A stretch of DNA of 64,000 nucleotides, taken from Bacillus sp. (in: firmicutes) (GTDB lineage Bacteria; Bacillota; Bacilli; Bacillales; Bacillaceae_G). The stretch is from the NCBI GenBank assembly GCA_041920565.1, contig JBHGXS010000090.1, positions 100,049 through 164,048 on the forward strand, written 5' to 3'. Position numbers and translations under genes: made by a program. Positions 10,007-20,181 of this stretch are shown piece after piece (the first letter of the stretch is position 1; every line of letters starts with the position of its first letter). Below the pieces are notes generated by a model. That model made no database searches. It had not been told where the DNA came from and saw nothing but the letters and a program-made list of their open reading frames with translations.

Positions 10007-11092
10007 ATGGCAACAGTGATGACAGAGTGGGAAAAACAATTGGATTATTATCCGGAAGAATATAAGAACGCTTACAAACGTTTTAAGCGTGCAAGCGAGA
10101 TTTTGCTGCGCGAGCCGGAACCGCAAGTGGGATTAACGCCTAAGGAAGTTATTTGGACAAAAAATAAAACGAAATTGTACCGTTACATTCCAACAAAAGA
10201 AAAAACACATCCGGTACCTATTCTTTTGATTTATGCTTTAATCAATAAGCCTTATATTATGGACTTAACGCCTGGAAACAGCTTGGTTGAGTACTTGGTA
10301 AACAGAGGTTTTGATGTATACATGTTAGATTGGGGCACATTCGGACCGGAAGACCGTGACTTAACATTTGACGACTTTGTTATGGATTATATTGCGAAAG
10401 CGGTTAAAAAGGTATTGCGTACGTCCAAAGCTGATGAAATTTCCTTATTGGGTTACTGCATGGGCGGTACGTTAACATCCATTTATGCGGCATTGCATCC
10501 TCATATGCCGATTCGCAACTTAGTCTTCATGACAAGTCCGTTTGATTTTTCAGACACAGGTTTATATAGTGTAGTATTGGATGAGAGATACTTCAACTTG
10601 GATAAAGCGGTAGACACGTTTGGCAATATTCCGCCGGAAATGATTGACTTCGGGAACAAGATGCTGAAGCCGATTACAAACTTTGTGGGTCCATATGTAA
10701 CGTTGTTGGACCGTTCTGACAACCAGCGTTTTGTTGAAAGCTGGAAGCTTGTGCAAAAATGGGTAACAGATGGCATTCCATTTCCTGGTGCAGCATATCG
10801 TCAATGGATCCGCGAGTTTTATCAGAAAAACAAGCTTGTAAAAGGGGAGCTTGTCATTCGCGGTCAGCAAGTGAAGCTTGAAAATATTAAAGCGAATGTC
10901 TTAAACATTTCTGCTTCGCGCGACCATATCGCCATGCCTTGCCAAGTAGAAGCATTGCTTGATCATATTTCAAGCAAAGATAAAGAGTATGTTTGTCTTT
11001 CTACGGGCCATATGTCTGTTGTGTATGGTCCGACGGCAGTCAAGCAAACGTATCCGACTATCGGAGATTGGTTGGAGAATCGTTCGAAATGA
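10007..11092 (+). CDS. phaC: Class IV PHA synthase catalytic subunit
   Basis: YALINKPYIMDL, GYCMGG lipase box, DHI, TGH. Confidence 0.95.
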   Translation: MATVMTEWEKQLDYYPEEYKNAYKRFKRASEILLREPEPQVGLTPKEVIWTKNKTKLYRYIPTKEKTHPVPILLIYALINKPYIMDLTPGNSLVEYLVNRGFDVYMLDWGTFGPEDRDLTFDDFVMDYIAKAVKKVLRTSKADEISLLGYCMGGTLTSIYAALHPHMPIRNLVFMTSPFDFSDTGLYSVVLDERYFNLDKAVDTFGNIPPEMIDFGNKMLKPITNFVGPYVTLLDRSDNQRFVESWKLVQKWVTDGIPFPGAAYRQWIREFYQKNKLVKGELVIRGQQVKLENIKANVLNISASRDHIAMPCQVEALLDHISSKDKEYVCLSTGHMSVVYGPTAVKQTYPTIGDWLENRSK

Positions 11093-11215
11093 CGCGAAAC
11101 TTCCATCAGTGGAAGTTTTATCTCCACTGATGGTTGATTGAACTAATCGGATTTTTTACTGTCGGGTTATCCCATTTTTATAGAATGGAATATTACCGAC
11201 AGTTAAACGGGGAGA
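11093..11215. repeat. Degenerate bcr1-like palindromic repeat
   Basis: Hairpins ccatcagtgg...ccactgatgg and tactgtcgg...ccgacagtta; resembles, from recollection, the reverse complement of B. cereus bcr1. Confidence 0.55.
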
Positions 11216-11351
11216 GTTGTAACAGCCTGTTTACGGAACTGCAGCGATTTCGTAAACAGGCTTTCTTTTTTACGCGATATACTAAAATGAACACTATTCA
11301 AACGGAAGAGGAAAAGTTTTTTGTAATCCAGAAAGGGGGCGGAGAAAAGTG

Positions 11352-11861
11352 GTGATTGAAACTGAGAGGCTGCTGCTGCGAAAGATGAGGGAGGAAGATG
11401 TGGATCATTTGCTTGCCATTTTTTCAGATCCCGTTGCCATGAAATACTATCCATCTACAAAAACAAGAGAGCAAACAATTGAATGGATTCAATGGACAAA
11501 CCAAAATTATAAAAGCTACGGCGTTGGATTATGGATTGTCGAAAAGAAGAATTCTCATGAATTTTTGGGGCAATGCGGAATTGTGCCGCAAAAAATAGAT
11601 GGAAAAGTCGAGATGGAAATTGGGTATTCATTTATTCGGCAACATTGGGGAAACGGTTATGCTACAGAATCAGCCAAAGCATGCTGTGAATACGGCTTTC
11701 ATGAATTAGGATATTCTCGTCTCATTTCTCTCATTATACCACAGAACAAATCTTCCATAGCCGTGGCGGAGAGAGCGGGAATGAAAAAAGAAAAGGAAAT
11801 TCGCAAGTGGGATAAGCATGTGTATGTATATTCCATTACGAATGAAGGGAGCGACAATTGA
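11352..11861 (+). CDS. GNAT (RimJ/RimL-type) acetyltransferase
   Basis: IETERLLLR, EIGY, WGNGYATE. Confidence 0.9.
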   Translation: MIETERLLLRKMREEDVDHLLAIFSDPVAMKYYPSTKTREQTIEWIQWTNQNYKSYGVGLWIVEKKNSHEFLGQCGIVPQKIDGKVEMEIGYSFIRQHWGNGYATESAKACCEYGFHELGYSRLISLIIPQNKSSIAVAERAGMKKEKEIRKWDKHVYVYSITNEGSDN

Positions 11862-12442
11862 CACTACAATGTCCGAGAGAAGATGAAATGAATTTGAGAA
11901 CCGGAACCTTGTTTTATTCTCTGTTTCAATCGGTTACCACGAAAAGGGGCAGGATTAGCCGCAATGGATGCGAGTCAATTAACAAGTCTTACTCTCTGCT
12001 TATGGGCTTGCTGATGTTTATCGTTGCCTCTCCGAGTTCGGTTGGAGGGGGGCGTACAATTGCGTTTCCCCTAAATATTTTAATCGTTTATCACTTTGCG
12101 AGAGGAGAAAAAACAATCAGCCTCTTTGGACGGGAAAGATATACAGAAGATACTATGAAAGTGATGGCGGTAACGATGCTCGGCACGATTCTTTGTTTTG
12201 GTTCCATTATGATTCTGTCCATTACAGAGCCGTTTTCGCTTATGGAAATCGTCTTTGAAATTTGCTCCGCATTTGGCGCAACTGGTCTGTCGCTAGGCAT
12301 TACCCATGAACTTAGCACAGTTGGAAAAACAAACAAGAACGAATGTTCCGGAAAACTGAAGCCTAACCGAAATGCATTTCCCTATTGGCGTTGGACTACT
12401 CCCTTCAAACGCTTGAAGAGGGGAACTTTTTCAGAAAAATAA
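11858..12442 (+). pseudogene. Decayed fragment of a second Ktr/TrkH subunit (KtrD-like)
   Basis: Only C-terminal motifs remain (SLFQSVTT, ASPSSVGGG, FEICSAFGATGLSLGIT), degenerate and truncated at both ends. Confidence 0.75.
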
Positions 12443-12486
12443 AGGGTGACCAAAAAGCGTAAGTTTCGCTTTCCGGCCAGCCTCTT

Positions 12487-12828
12487 TTAATCGGTAATCC
12501 CGTATTGCGGGTGCATGAATATATCGCTTTTTGTGCTCTTTTTTTCTTCCAACAGCTCTTGATTTTCCGGTGTAGTCCAACCAATATCATTTGTCGGATG
12601 AATCCATTCATCTCCGGCCATGATCACCGGGTCGATTTCATCGCTCCAGTTGTTGAGAGGAGAGTTAGAGGAGTCATATTTACTGTCCCCGATTACAACC
12701 CCGTGTTTATTCACAAACGGTTCTTGCATTGCTATTCCTGTTCCTTTGAAGGAGGGAAAGTGGGCTTGATGAGGAATCGTTTCATCCAATATAGGAGAGT
12801 CGATATTGTTTTCTTTTTTTCGCTTCAT
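12487..12828 (-). CDS. Conserved hypothetical protein (DUF3905-like)
   Basis: PFVNKHGVVIGDSKY..SPLNNWSDEIDP.IMAGDEWIHPTNDIGW; SD AAGGTG. Confidence 0.75.
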   Translation of the reverse strand: MKRKKENNIDSPILDETIPHQAHFPSFKGTGIAMQEPFVNKHGVVIGDSKYDSSNSPLNNWSDEIDPVIMAGDEWIHPTNDIGWTTPENQELLEEKKSTKSDIFMHPQYGITD

Positions 12829-12976
12829 ATTGTCACCTTCTTTTGTTTTTTTTTAGTGTGACCGCTCTTGACATATGGTATCTCCTCAATATTTTCCATT
12901 CATTGTTTTTCTGCTGAGCTCCATACTAGTAATGTGAGCATATGCTCACCATACTTACTTTTGTGAGGGATTTTTC

Positions 12977-13132
12977 ATGGCAAAACGCAAAGTGCATTAC
13001 AAAGCTGCATCAAACAATAATAAAACGCCGAAAGAAAGCTTGCCGGATGCGGAATTTGCAATGGAATATGAAAACGAAAGCACGGCAAAGTATGCAAACC
13101 GCAACTCCAAAAAAGGCAAGAAAAACAGCTAA
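12977..13132 (+). CDS. Small basic protein (51 aa), possibly sporulation-related
   Basis: SD GAGGG; MAKRKVHYKAASNNNK...DAEFAMEY...KKGKKNS*; CATACTA (sigG/E-like -10) upstream. Not in ORF track. Confidence 0.55.
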   Translation: MAKRKVHYKAASNNNKTPKESLPDAEFAMEYENESTAKYANRNSKKGKKNS

Positions 13133-13306
13133 AGACAGACTCCTCCTGTAGAAGGTACTCCAATGGATGCCTTCTTTTTCGCTTAATGAGGAGATTGGTG
13201 CAATTAATGGCAGAACTGGTTCAATTAATTCGGTAATTGGCTTAATTCGTGATGAGAAAGAACGCAGCAGATAAAAAACGGGTGTCCCATTGGTGACACC
13301 CGTCTT

Positions 13307-13528
13307 TTAATAACTATTTTTGTATTGGTAATTGGCTTTATCCACCCAGCTTTTTATGAGAAATAAATCGATAATCCAAATAATCCCGAATGTAGCCATG
13401 CAGGCAAGCCAATACCAAAGGATGATGGTGACCCGTTCTTTAATATAAATGCGATGCCCCCTGATTCCGCCTGAAAAGAGCCAAATAAGAAGCGCAAATC
13501 CGAATGATTTTCGTTCTGATATGCTCAT
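13307..13528 (-). CDS. TM2-domain membrane protein
   Basis: KSFGFALLIWLFSGGIRGHRIY...IWIIDLFLI; SD GAGGAG. Confidence 0.75.
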   Translation of the reverse strand: MSISERKSFGFALLIWLFSGGIRGHRIYIKERVTIILWYWLACMATFGIIWIIDLFLIKSWVDKANYQYKNSY

Positions 13529-13611
13529 GTCCTCACACTCCTCTTTTTTCTTTTTTACTTTATGAAAAGGAAAAAAGAAGAAGAACAAAAAACCTGCCGG
13601 ACGGCAGGTTA

Positions 13612-15381
13612 TCAAGAAGATACAGCGGCAAAATCTTCTTTTCTTGTGGTATACAGATGGCACTGCATGGATTTTGGATCAAAATAAGCGACAAGGACCG
13701 ATTCTTTTTCAATAATTGTTCCATTTTCAATATAAGCAGTAAGGTCAAACGGCAAAAATTCCATAATCGTATGCTTATACACATCTTTTTCGTTTAAGCG
13801 TAATTCTTCGAATGCCCTTCCAAGCAAGCTCGGATTTTCAATGATTTTTTGATAGTAAGGAGAACGAACATCTTTCGTTGTCGGCTCATCCCACCAAGGC
13901 TTACGCGGACGGTGCTTATGGTTTTTCAAGTAATCGATTTTCATCAGCCCTTGAATAACGTCCAGTTTGGTCACTTTTTTATGTTTTAAAAAGCTGTATA
14001 GACGTTTAAATAAGTCTTCCAACTGATGACCGATGCGTGCCCATCCTTGTTCATCCCAATACGTTCCGAACTCTTGGAAGAAATCAAACGGTGTCTCGAA
14101 TACTTCTGAAACTAAATATTCTATCGTATAATCCATACGATGATCGTTCCAATACTTTTCCAAAACATCCTCTACTTGTTTGATTCGAACGATATCGTCA
14201 AAAGATAAAATATTATTTCCTAAAATTTCATACGGAGCATGATCCATATATACATAATCGTGATCTTTAGCACGTATGCGCAGTCCTGTTCCTCTCAGCA
14301 TTTTCAAGAACCCAAGCTGCAGCTCTTCCGGACGAAGGGCAAACACATCGTTGAACGTCCTTTTGAAGGAATGGTAATCTTCTTCCGGCAATCCAGCAAT
14401 TAAATCCAAATGCTGATCGATTTTTCCGCCGTTTTTCACCATGGTAACCGTGCGAGTCAGCTTTTCAAAATTTTGTTTTCTCATCACAAGCTCGTTTGTC
14501 CGGTCATTTGTAGACTGTACGCCGATTTCAAAACGGAACAGACCCGGCGGCGCTTCTTTGTTCAGAAAATCAATGACTTCCGGACGCATGATATCTGCTG
14601 TAATTTCAAATTGAAATACAGTGCCCGGAACATGTTCATTAATTAAAAATTGGAACATATCCATCGCATAGCTGCGGCTTATGTTAAAGGTACGGTCTAC
14701 AAATTTGATCACTCGCGCACCGTTTGCCATCAGATAACGAATGTCATCTTTGATGCGTTCTCTGTCAAAGTAACGGACGCCCACTTCGATGGAAGACAGG
14801 CAAAACTGGCAGCTGAACGGACAGCCGCGGCTTGTTTCAATATACGTAATTCGTTTGCTCAAATGCGGAATATCTTCCTTAAAGCGATATGGTGACGGGA
14901 TTTCGTTTAAATTCAACTTTTCCCGCTGCGGTTTGATCACATAGGTGCCATCCTCTTTTACAAACCCGATGCCATCCAGCTTTTCAAAATTTTGTTCTCC
15001 TTGTATTTCAAAAAGAAGGTTCTTTACGGCTTTTTCTCCTTCGCCGATGATGATGAAGTCAATTTCAGGTACACGATCAAGCCATTCTTTCACATCGTAG
15101 CTGACTTCTGGACCGCCGACGAAAATGACTGTATTTGGATTGATCTTCTTAAGCATTTTTATGACCTGGATGGTTTCTTCAATGTTCCAAATGTAGCAGC
15201 TGAATCCTATAACGTCCGGCTTGCGGCGATGCAAGTCTGTTACGATATTCATAGCCGGGTCTTTAATTGTATATTCTGCCATCTCAATGTCAAATTCAGG
15301 AGCGGCATATGCTTTTATATAACGAATAGCTAAGTTTGTATGAATATACTTAGCGTTTAATGTGCTGATAACTACCTTCAT
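13612..15381 (-). CDS. B12-binding radical SAM protein
   Basis: GFSCYIWN, GGPEVS, RGCPFSCQFC (CxxxCxxC). Confidence 0.92.
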   Translation of the reverse strand: MKVVISTLNAKYIHTNLAIRYIKAYAAPEFDIEMAEYTIKDPAMNIVTDLHRRKPDVIGFSCYIWNIEETIQVIKMLKKINPNTVIFVGGPEVSYDVKEWLDRVPEIDFIIIGEGEKAVKNLLFEIQGEQNFEKLDGIGFVKEDGTYVIKPQREKLNLNEIPSPYRFKEDIPHLSKRITYIETSRGCPFSCQFCLSSIEVGVRYFDRERIKDDIRYLMANGARVIKFVDRTFNISRSYAMDMFQFLINEHVPGTVFQFEITADIMRPEVIDFLNKEAPPGLFRFEIGVQSTNDRTNELVMRKQNFEKLTRTVTMVKNGGKIDQHLDLIAGLPEEDYHSFKRTFNDVFALRPEELQLGFLKMLRGTGLRIRAKDHDYVYMDHAPYEILGNNILSFDDIVRIKQVEDVLEKYWNDHRMDYTIEYLVSEVFETPFDFFQEFGTYWDEQGWARIGHQLEDLFKRLYSFLKHKKVTKLDVIQGLMKIDYLKNHKHRPRKPWWDEPTTKDVRSPYYQKIIENPSLLGRAFEELRLNEKDVYKHTIMEFLPFDLTAYIENGTIIEKESVLVAYFDPKSMQCHLYTTRKEDFAAVSS

Positions 15382-15589
15382 AGTAACTCCCTCAACTTTT
15401 CAATTTTTCACACTGCATACTATCTTATCATATTTTTGACAGTATTATAGCATATACATACTTATTGAATTTTATGGAAATTTTGGAGGATAACAATTTT
15501 TTAATAAAATGTAACATGTTGTAATGTTCTTTTGTTATTCAATTTCTTATAATGGAATGGACAAGCGAGGGATTACTTTAGGGGGAAAA

Positions 15590-16711
15590 ATGATGCAGTG
15601 CAAGAAATGTGGTCATATAAAGAACGAAAGGGGATCCTTTTGTCCGCAATGCGGCGCGAAATATAATAAGGAGGGCAGCAAATGGTGGCTATTATCAGCC
15701 GGGAGCCTCCTGATTGTATGTGCTGGGTTAAGCGGCGTCTATTTATATGAAGCAAAGCAAAATGAGAAGGCGAAGCAGATGAGAGAGGAAGCCGAAGAAT
15801 TAGCATTAGAAGGAAAATATGAACGAGCTGCTTCTTTATTAAAAAATGTATTGGAAATGAGACCGGCCTATGCGAAGGCAAAAGAAAACAGAAAAGATGC
15901 TGCACTTGCAAACATGTATGTAACCGAACTCAAGAGAGTGAGCATGCTTTTAAAAAGCAATAGATTAGAAGAGGCGGAAGAAGCTCTGCAATCTATTCAA
16001 GCACAAGCATCAAAATTGGAAGGAGAGTATTTTATTCCGTTACAAGAAGAGATCAAAAAGAAAAGTCAAAAGCTTACGGTGGCAAAGATTTTAAGTGAAT
16101 TGAATGAGTTGAACACAGTAGGGCTGCTAGCGGACAAGCTTTCTATTCTTTCCACGTTGCCGGCTGACGAAGCAAAAGAGCTCAGGGAACAAATTTTAAA
16201 CCGAATTGTGAATGTAGCAATTCAAAAAGCAGAGAAAGATCTGCAGCAAAAACATTTTAATGCTGCCGAAGACCAAGTTCAGTATGCGTTAGAATATGCC
16301 ATCAACAATGAGAAGCTTATGAGCTTTCAAGAGCGGATTCAACAAGAAAAAGCGGCATTCGAGCAAGTGGAAGAACAGCGATTGGAAGAAGCGCTAGAAG
16401 CAGCGGCACAAGAGGATTTACATAATCGGACAAAAGCGGTAGAGGCCGGAGAGATTAAGACTGCACTGAACGAATATGGAGAATTGACAGTATCGGGCAC
16501 AGTCAAAAATATAGCAACTCAAAATATCTATAATGTAAATATTACGTTTCAATTGTTTGATACTGCCGGAAATCTTATCTCCACCTACACGACAGCAGTA
16601 AATCCTTATTACTTGGAGCCGGAAGGAATCGGACAGTTTGAATACACGATTTACGGTATGTACAGCAACGCTCGAGCAAAAGTCGAAAACATTACGTGGT
16701 ATTTGGAATAA
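15590..16711 (+). CDS. Zinc-ribbon / TM / helical / FxLYD-domain membrane protein
   Basis: CKKCG..FCPQCG, TM helix, C-terminal VSGTVKN..FQLFD. Confidence 0.8.
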   Translation: MMQCKKCGHIKNERGSFCPQCGAKYNKEGSKWWLLSAGSLLIVCAGLSGVYLYEAKQNEKAKQMREEAEELALEGKYERAASLLKNVLEMRPAYAKAKENRKDAALANMYVTELKRVSMLLKSNRLEEAEEALQSIQAQASKLEGEYFIPLQEEIKKKSQKLTVAKILSELNELNTVGLLADKLSILSTLPADEAKELREQILNRIVNVAIQKAEKDLQQKHFNAAEDQVQYALEYAINNEKLMSFQERIQQEKAAFEQVEEQRLEEALEAAAQEDLHNRTKAVEAGEIKTALNEYGELTVSGTVKNIATQNIYNVNITFQLFDTAGNLISTYTTAVNPYYLEPEGIGQFEYTIYGMYSNARAKVENITWYLE

Positions 16712-16722
16712 TGAGGGATTAC

Positions 16723-17841
16723 ATGAACAACAAAACTGTTAATATATTACTTTCATTATTAATTTGGGCTGCAGGCGGAATCGGAGTATACTTTATAAAA
16801 GATCAGCTTCCGAAGCAATTAAATACAGCAAAAGCAGCTGTTGCGAAGGCAGCCGAAGGAACGGCAGAAAGAAAGCAAGAAGAGCTGAAAGATATTATTA
16901 AAAGGACTCAACGGCTTGTTGTGACGATTCAAACTCCTTCCGGGATGATTGGCTCCGGCTTTTTATATAACGAAAAAGGAGATGTTATCACCAACGCGCA
17001 TGTGGTAGCAGGTGAGCAAGCGGTAACAGTTAAAACAGAAGGCGGCAAGGAGCTTTCTGGATATGTAATCGGCATAAGCACGAAAACGGACGTAGCCGTT
17101 GTCCGTGTACAAGATTTGCAAGGCATGAAGCCGCTGGCCATTGCAAACCGCAAAGCGGAAATAGGAGACGAAGTCATTGCCATGGGCAGTCCGCATGGCT
17201 TACAAAATACGGTGACGCTTGGAAACATAAGCGGATTGGATCGTTCATTCGACTTAGAACCTTATCATTATACAAATTTATATCAAATTTCAGCTCCTAT
17301 AGCTCCGGGCAACAGCGGAGGACCATTGTTAGATCGTAAAACGGGAGAAGTATTAGGAATTAATTCTCTCATTACGCAAGGAGAGGGCTCCATCGGCTAT
17401 AGCATTCCCATTCAGGATGTTCTCATTCTTGCAGAAGGATGGTCTGCTTCCTCTATGAAAACATTGCCCGTAAAACCTGCTGCAGAAACAGACGAAACGG
17501 GAGATTTTCCTATTGAAGAAGAGGCAGCCGCTTTAGTATCTTCCTATTATGACAGCCTGAATGAAGGGGATTATGTAACAGCTTATTCTATGCTGGGAAG
17601 CAAGTGGAAACAAGATGTCACATATGAAACATTCCGGGAAGGCTACTTAAACACAAAATCTGTTTCTATCGAAAACTTGCAAGTAGAAAATGCAGATAAA
17701 ACTGTTACCGTTACTTGCGTTATTGCTGCCGCCGAAAGAACAGATACAGGAGATACGGTTTCTAAATATAATGCAACCTATACGGTTGGATTTGAAAATG
17801 AGCGAATCCGTATTTTAAGCGGCACCGCTCAAAAACAATAG
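16723..17841 (+). CDS. Membrane-anchored trypsin-like (S1C) serine protease without PDZ
   Basis: TNAHV, DVAV and GNSGGPL triad motifs. Confidence 0.9.
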   Translation: MNNKTVNILLSLLIWAAGGIGVYFIKDQLPKQLNTAKAAVAKAAEGTAERKQEELKDIIKRTQRLVVTIQTPSGMIGSGFLYNEKGDVITNAHVVAGEQAVTVKTEGGKELSGYVIGISTKTDVAVVRVQDLQGMKPLAIANRKAEIGDEVIAMGSPHGLQNTVTLGNISGLDRSFDLEPYHYTNLYQISAPIAPGNSGGPLLDRKTGEVLGINSLITQGEGSIGYSIPIQDVLILAEGWSASSMKTLPVKPAAETDETGDFPIEEEAAALVSSYYDSLNEGDYVTAYSMLGSKWKQDVTYETFREGYLNTKSVSIENLQVENADKTVTVTCVIAAAERTDTGDTVSKYNATYTVGFENERIRILSGTAQKQ

Positions 17842-17999
17842 TGCTTGTCATAACCATGTTTACAAAGTCTTTTTCTGTCATTAGAAGAAGACTTTTTTCA
17901 TAGATTCCCTTTCTGATGCTTTTAGTCACAATATTGAATTACCGACATATTATTTACTAAGATAAAAAAAGTTGGTTAAAGGAAAGAAGGGGACAAAGA

Positions 18000-18122
18000 A
18001 TGAATAAGCGTACACAATCCAAAATTACATTTTACACTCAGCTGTTATATAAGCTGCATATTATAAATGAGCAAGAAAAAGGAATGATATTAAAACAAGT
18101 GGAAAAGAAAAAAGCCTTGTAA
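18000..18122 (+). CDS. Small hypothetical protein (40 aa)
   Basis: SD AAGGGG; MNKRTQSKITFYTQLLYKLHIINEQEKGMILKQVEKKKAL*; terminator overlaps the stop. Confidence 0.5.
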   Translation: MNKRTQSKITFYTQLLYKLHIINEQEKGMILKQVEKKKAL

Positions 18123-18166
18123 TTTCAGGCTTTTCTTTTTGCCGAATTATAATTAGCAAGCTCGTG

Positions 18167-18964
18167 CTAAGACTTTTCGTTCCATATATAAAGATCGGGT
18201 TTCCGGTCTTGCCAAACAGGAATAAATTTGCGCACGGCTTTTACTGTGGCAGTGTCAATTTCTGCGGTTACAACTTCTTCATTTTCTGATCCTTCCGCAA
18301 CAACTTCTCCCCATGGATTTATGATTAAAGAATGCCCCGCGTATGCTCGTTTGTCATCTTTTCCGCAACGATTGCATGCGACGATATAGCACTGGTTTTC
18401 TATAGCGCGGCTGATTAGAAGGGAGCGCCAATGATAAAGGCGTGTTTTTGGCCACTGTGCAACAACAAACACTATTTCAGCTCCCTGCAGCGTGTGCAAG
18501 AACATCCATTCTGGAAAGCGAATATCGTAAGAAATGAAGATTGCAGCTTTTCGTCCTTCCATGAAAAATAAGCTGTTTTGCTCGCCTGCTTGAAAATGCA
18601 AGTGCTCGCCTAACCTTTGAAATAAATGCACTTTGCTGTATCGGACTGCCAATTCTCCTGACCTTGAGTAAATAAGGGCTGTGTTTCTTGTTTTTTGTTG
18701 TTCTTTCGTTACAATGGATCCGCCTACAATATTGACTACATGATGTTTAGCAAAAGAACGAAGAAAGCTTGGAGTACTTGTCTCTTCTTCCTTTATTTGA
18801 ACAATCGTTTTATAGTCATACCCTGTGGTCCAAAGCTCCGGCAGCACAAGTATGTCTGGATGATGCTTCATTGCTTCGTTCATGAGTAATCGCGCTTGTA
18901 ATGTATTCTTTTCTATTTCGCCCGGCAGAATATCCATTTGTATACAAGAAACTGTAAGATTCAT
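18167..18964 (-). CDS. Nitrilase-family (MtnU-like) hydrolase with catalytic Cys replaced by Ser
   Basis: LPELWTTGY, YSKVHLF, ISYDIRFPE (normally ICYD), RAIENQ. Confidence 0.85.
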   Translation of the reverse strand: MNLTVSCIQMDILPGEIEKNTLQARLLMNEAMKHHPDILVLPELWTTGYDYKTIVQIKEEETSTPSFLRSFAKHHVVNIVGGSIVTKEQQKTRNTALIYSRSGELAVRYSKVHLFQRLGEHLHFQAGEQNSLFFMEGRKAAIFISYDIRFPEWMFLHTLQGAEIVFVVAQWPKTRLYHWRSLLISRAIENQCYIVACNRCGKDDKRAYAGHSLIINPWGEVVAEGSENEEVVTAEIDTATVKAVRKFIPVWQDRKPDLYIWNEKS

Positions 18965-19096
18965 TCACTCACACACCTGTCCCTAATAGTCGTTTCTCTA
19001 ATGAAGTAACGCTTTATTGTAACAATATATGTATGTGTGCCCTTTGACATTATAAAAAATTGTATAAGTTGATTGTTTTTACATATAGAAAAGCTA

Positions 19097-19125
19097 TTGA
19101 CAAAAGGTCTTTCTCGTGTGATAAT
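19097..19125 (+). promoter_or_regulatory. sigA promoter for the mtnB-like gene
   Basis: TTGACA-17-GATAAT with TGn extension. Confidence 0.65.
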
Positions 19126-19369
19126 TCAATTAAATTTTAAGAATTATCAAAAAATTAAAAAGAAATAGAGCAAACTACGAAAAGTTAACTACCCGCCCTT
19201 AAACGTGAACGCGTTTTGAAGTGGGGGCTCCTTTGCGAAAACTGATGAAACGGAATTGTAATTCGTGAAACCAGGAAACGGCGAACGAAGCGTTTATAGA
19301 TAAGGGAAAGCTTCTGCAGGACAAAGCCTTGCCGACAAGCAGAATAAAAATATGCGCGGGGGTGAAAGA

Positions 19370-19999
19370 ATGATTTTCTTTGTTAACAAGTGGAAAGAAC
19401 TTCGTAATGTAAAACTGGATTTAGCTGCGCGTGATTGGTTTTTTTGCACATGTGGAAGTTTATCAATGAGGGTGTCCAAGGATCCGTTAACATTTTTAAT
19501 TAATGTGGATGGAAAAGATAAGTGTCAGCATTGCGAGGACGATTTTATCGTTGTAAACGGCATGTGTGAACCTGTATTTATGACGGGATTGCTGCCTTCA
19601 TCGGAAGCGTCTTTTCATGCCGAAGTATATAAAAAGACGAAAGCGGGCAGCGTTCTGCATATTCAAACAGTAAACAATCAGCTTGTTGCGGATTTATATG
19701 GGGAGCAAGGAGAAGTAACATTTGAATACAATAATGTTGTGCGTGTATTCGGCAAAGAAGAAAACGGATGTTTGACGATTCCGATTATTACTGGCGAAGA
19801 ACAGCTTTCTCTGTTGCTGGATGAAGATATGCCATATTTTAAAGAAGACCGGGGAGCTGTGCTCATTCGCAACCATGGTATCGTTGTATGGGGAACTGCT
19901 CCGCAAGAGACAAAAAAATGGTTGGAAGGCTTGGAATTCGTAATGGACTATCACGTGAAGCTTCTTATGATCAAGGGGGCAAAGAGCTCGGTTATTTAA
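19370..19999 (+). CDS. Class II aldolase/adducin family protein (divergent MtnB-like)
   Basis: PSSEASFHAEVY, LHIQT, AVLIRNHGIVVWG. Confidence 0.8.
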   Translation: MIFFVNKWKELRNVKLDLAARDWFFCTCGSLSMRVSKDPLTFLINVDGKDKCQHCEDDFIVVNGMCEPVFMTGLLPSSEASFHAEVYKKTKAGSVLHIQTVNNQLVADLYGEQGEVTFEYNNVVRVFGKEENGCLTIPIITGEEQLSLLLDEDMPYFKEDRGAVLIRNHGIVVWGTAPQETKKWLEGLEFVMDYHVKLLMIKGAKSSVI

Positions 20000-20181
20000 A
20001 AACGAAACACTCAATGGGAGACAGATCATAAAGAGTGTTTTTTATTACAAATTATATGCAGTTTTTTGTTTTATAAGCGCTTTTATTAATGGTGTTTTAA
20101 AATTTTATATTTCTTTTCATAAAAAGGGCTCCTCGCTACTATATATAAGTTGCATGTCACTCACATAAGGAGGAGCGTATT

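Noticed and set aside
19243-19275. Hammerhead ribozyme (CUGAUGA...GAAAC)
   Set aside because: Extra A before stem II and no complementary stem III/GUH or stem I partner found nearby.
19130-19369. SAM-I (S-box) riboswitch before the mtnB-like gene
   Set aside because: AUCAAGAG and GGCAACC...GGUGC signatures are absent.
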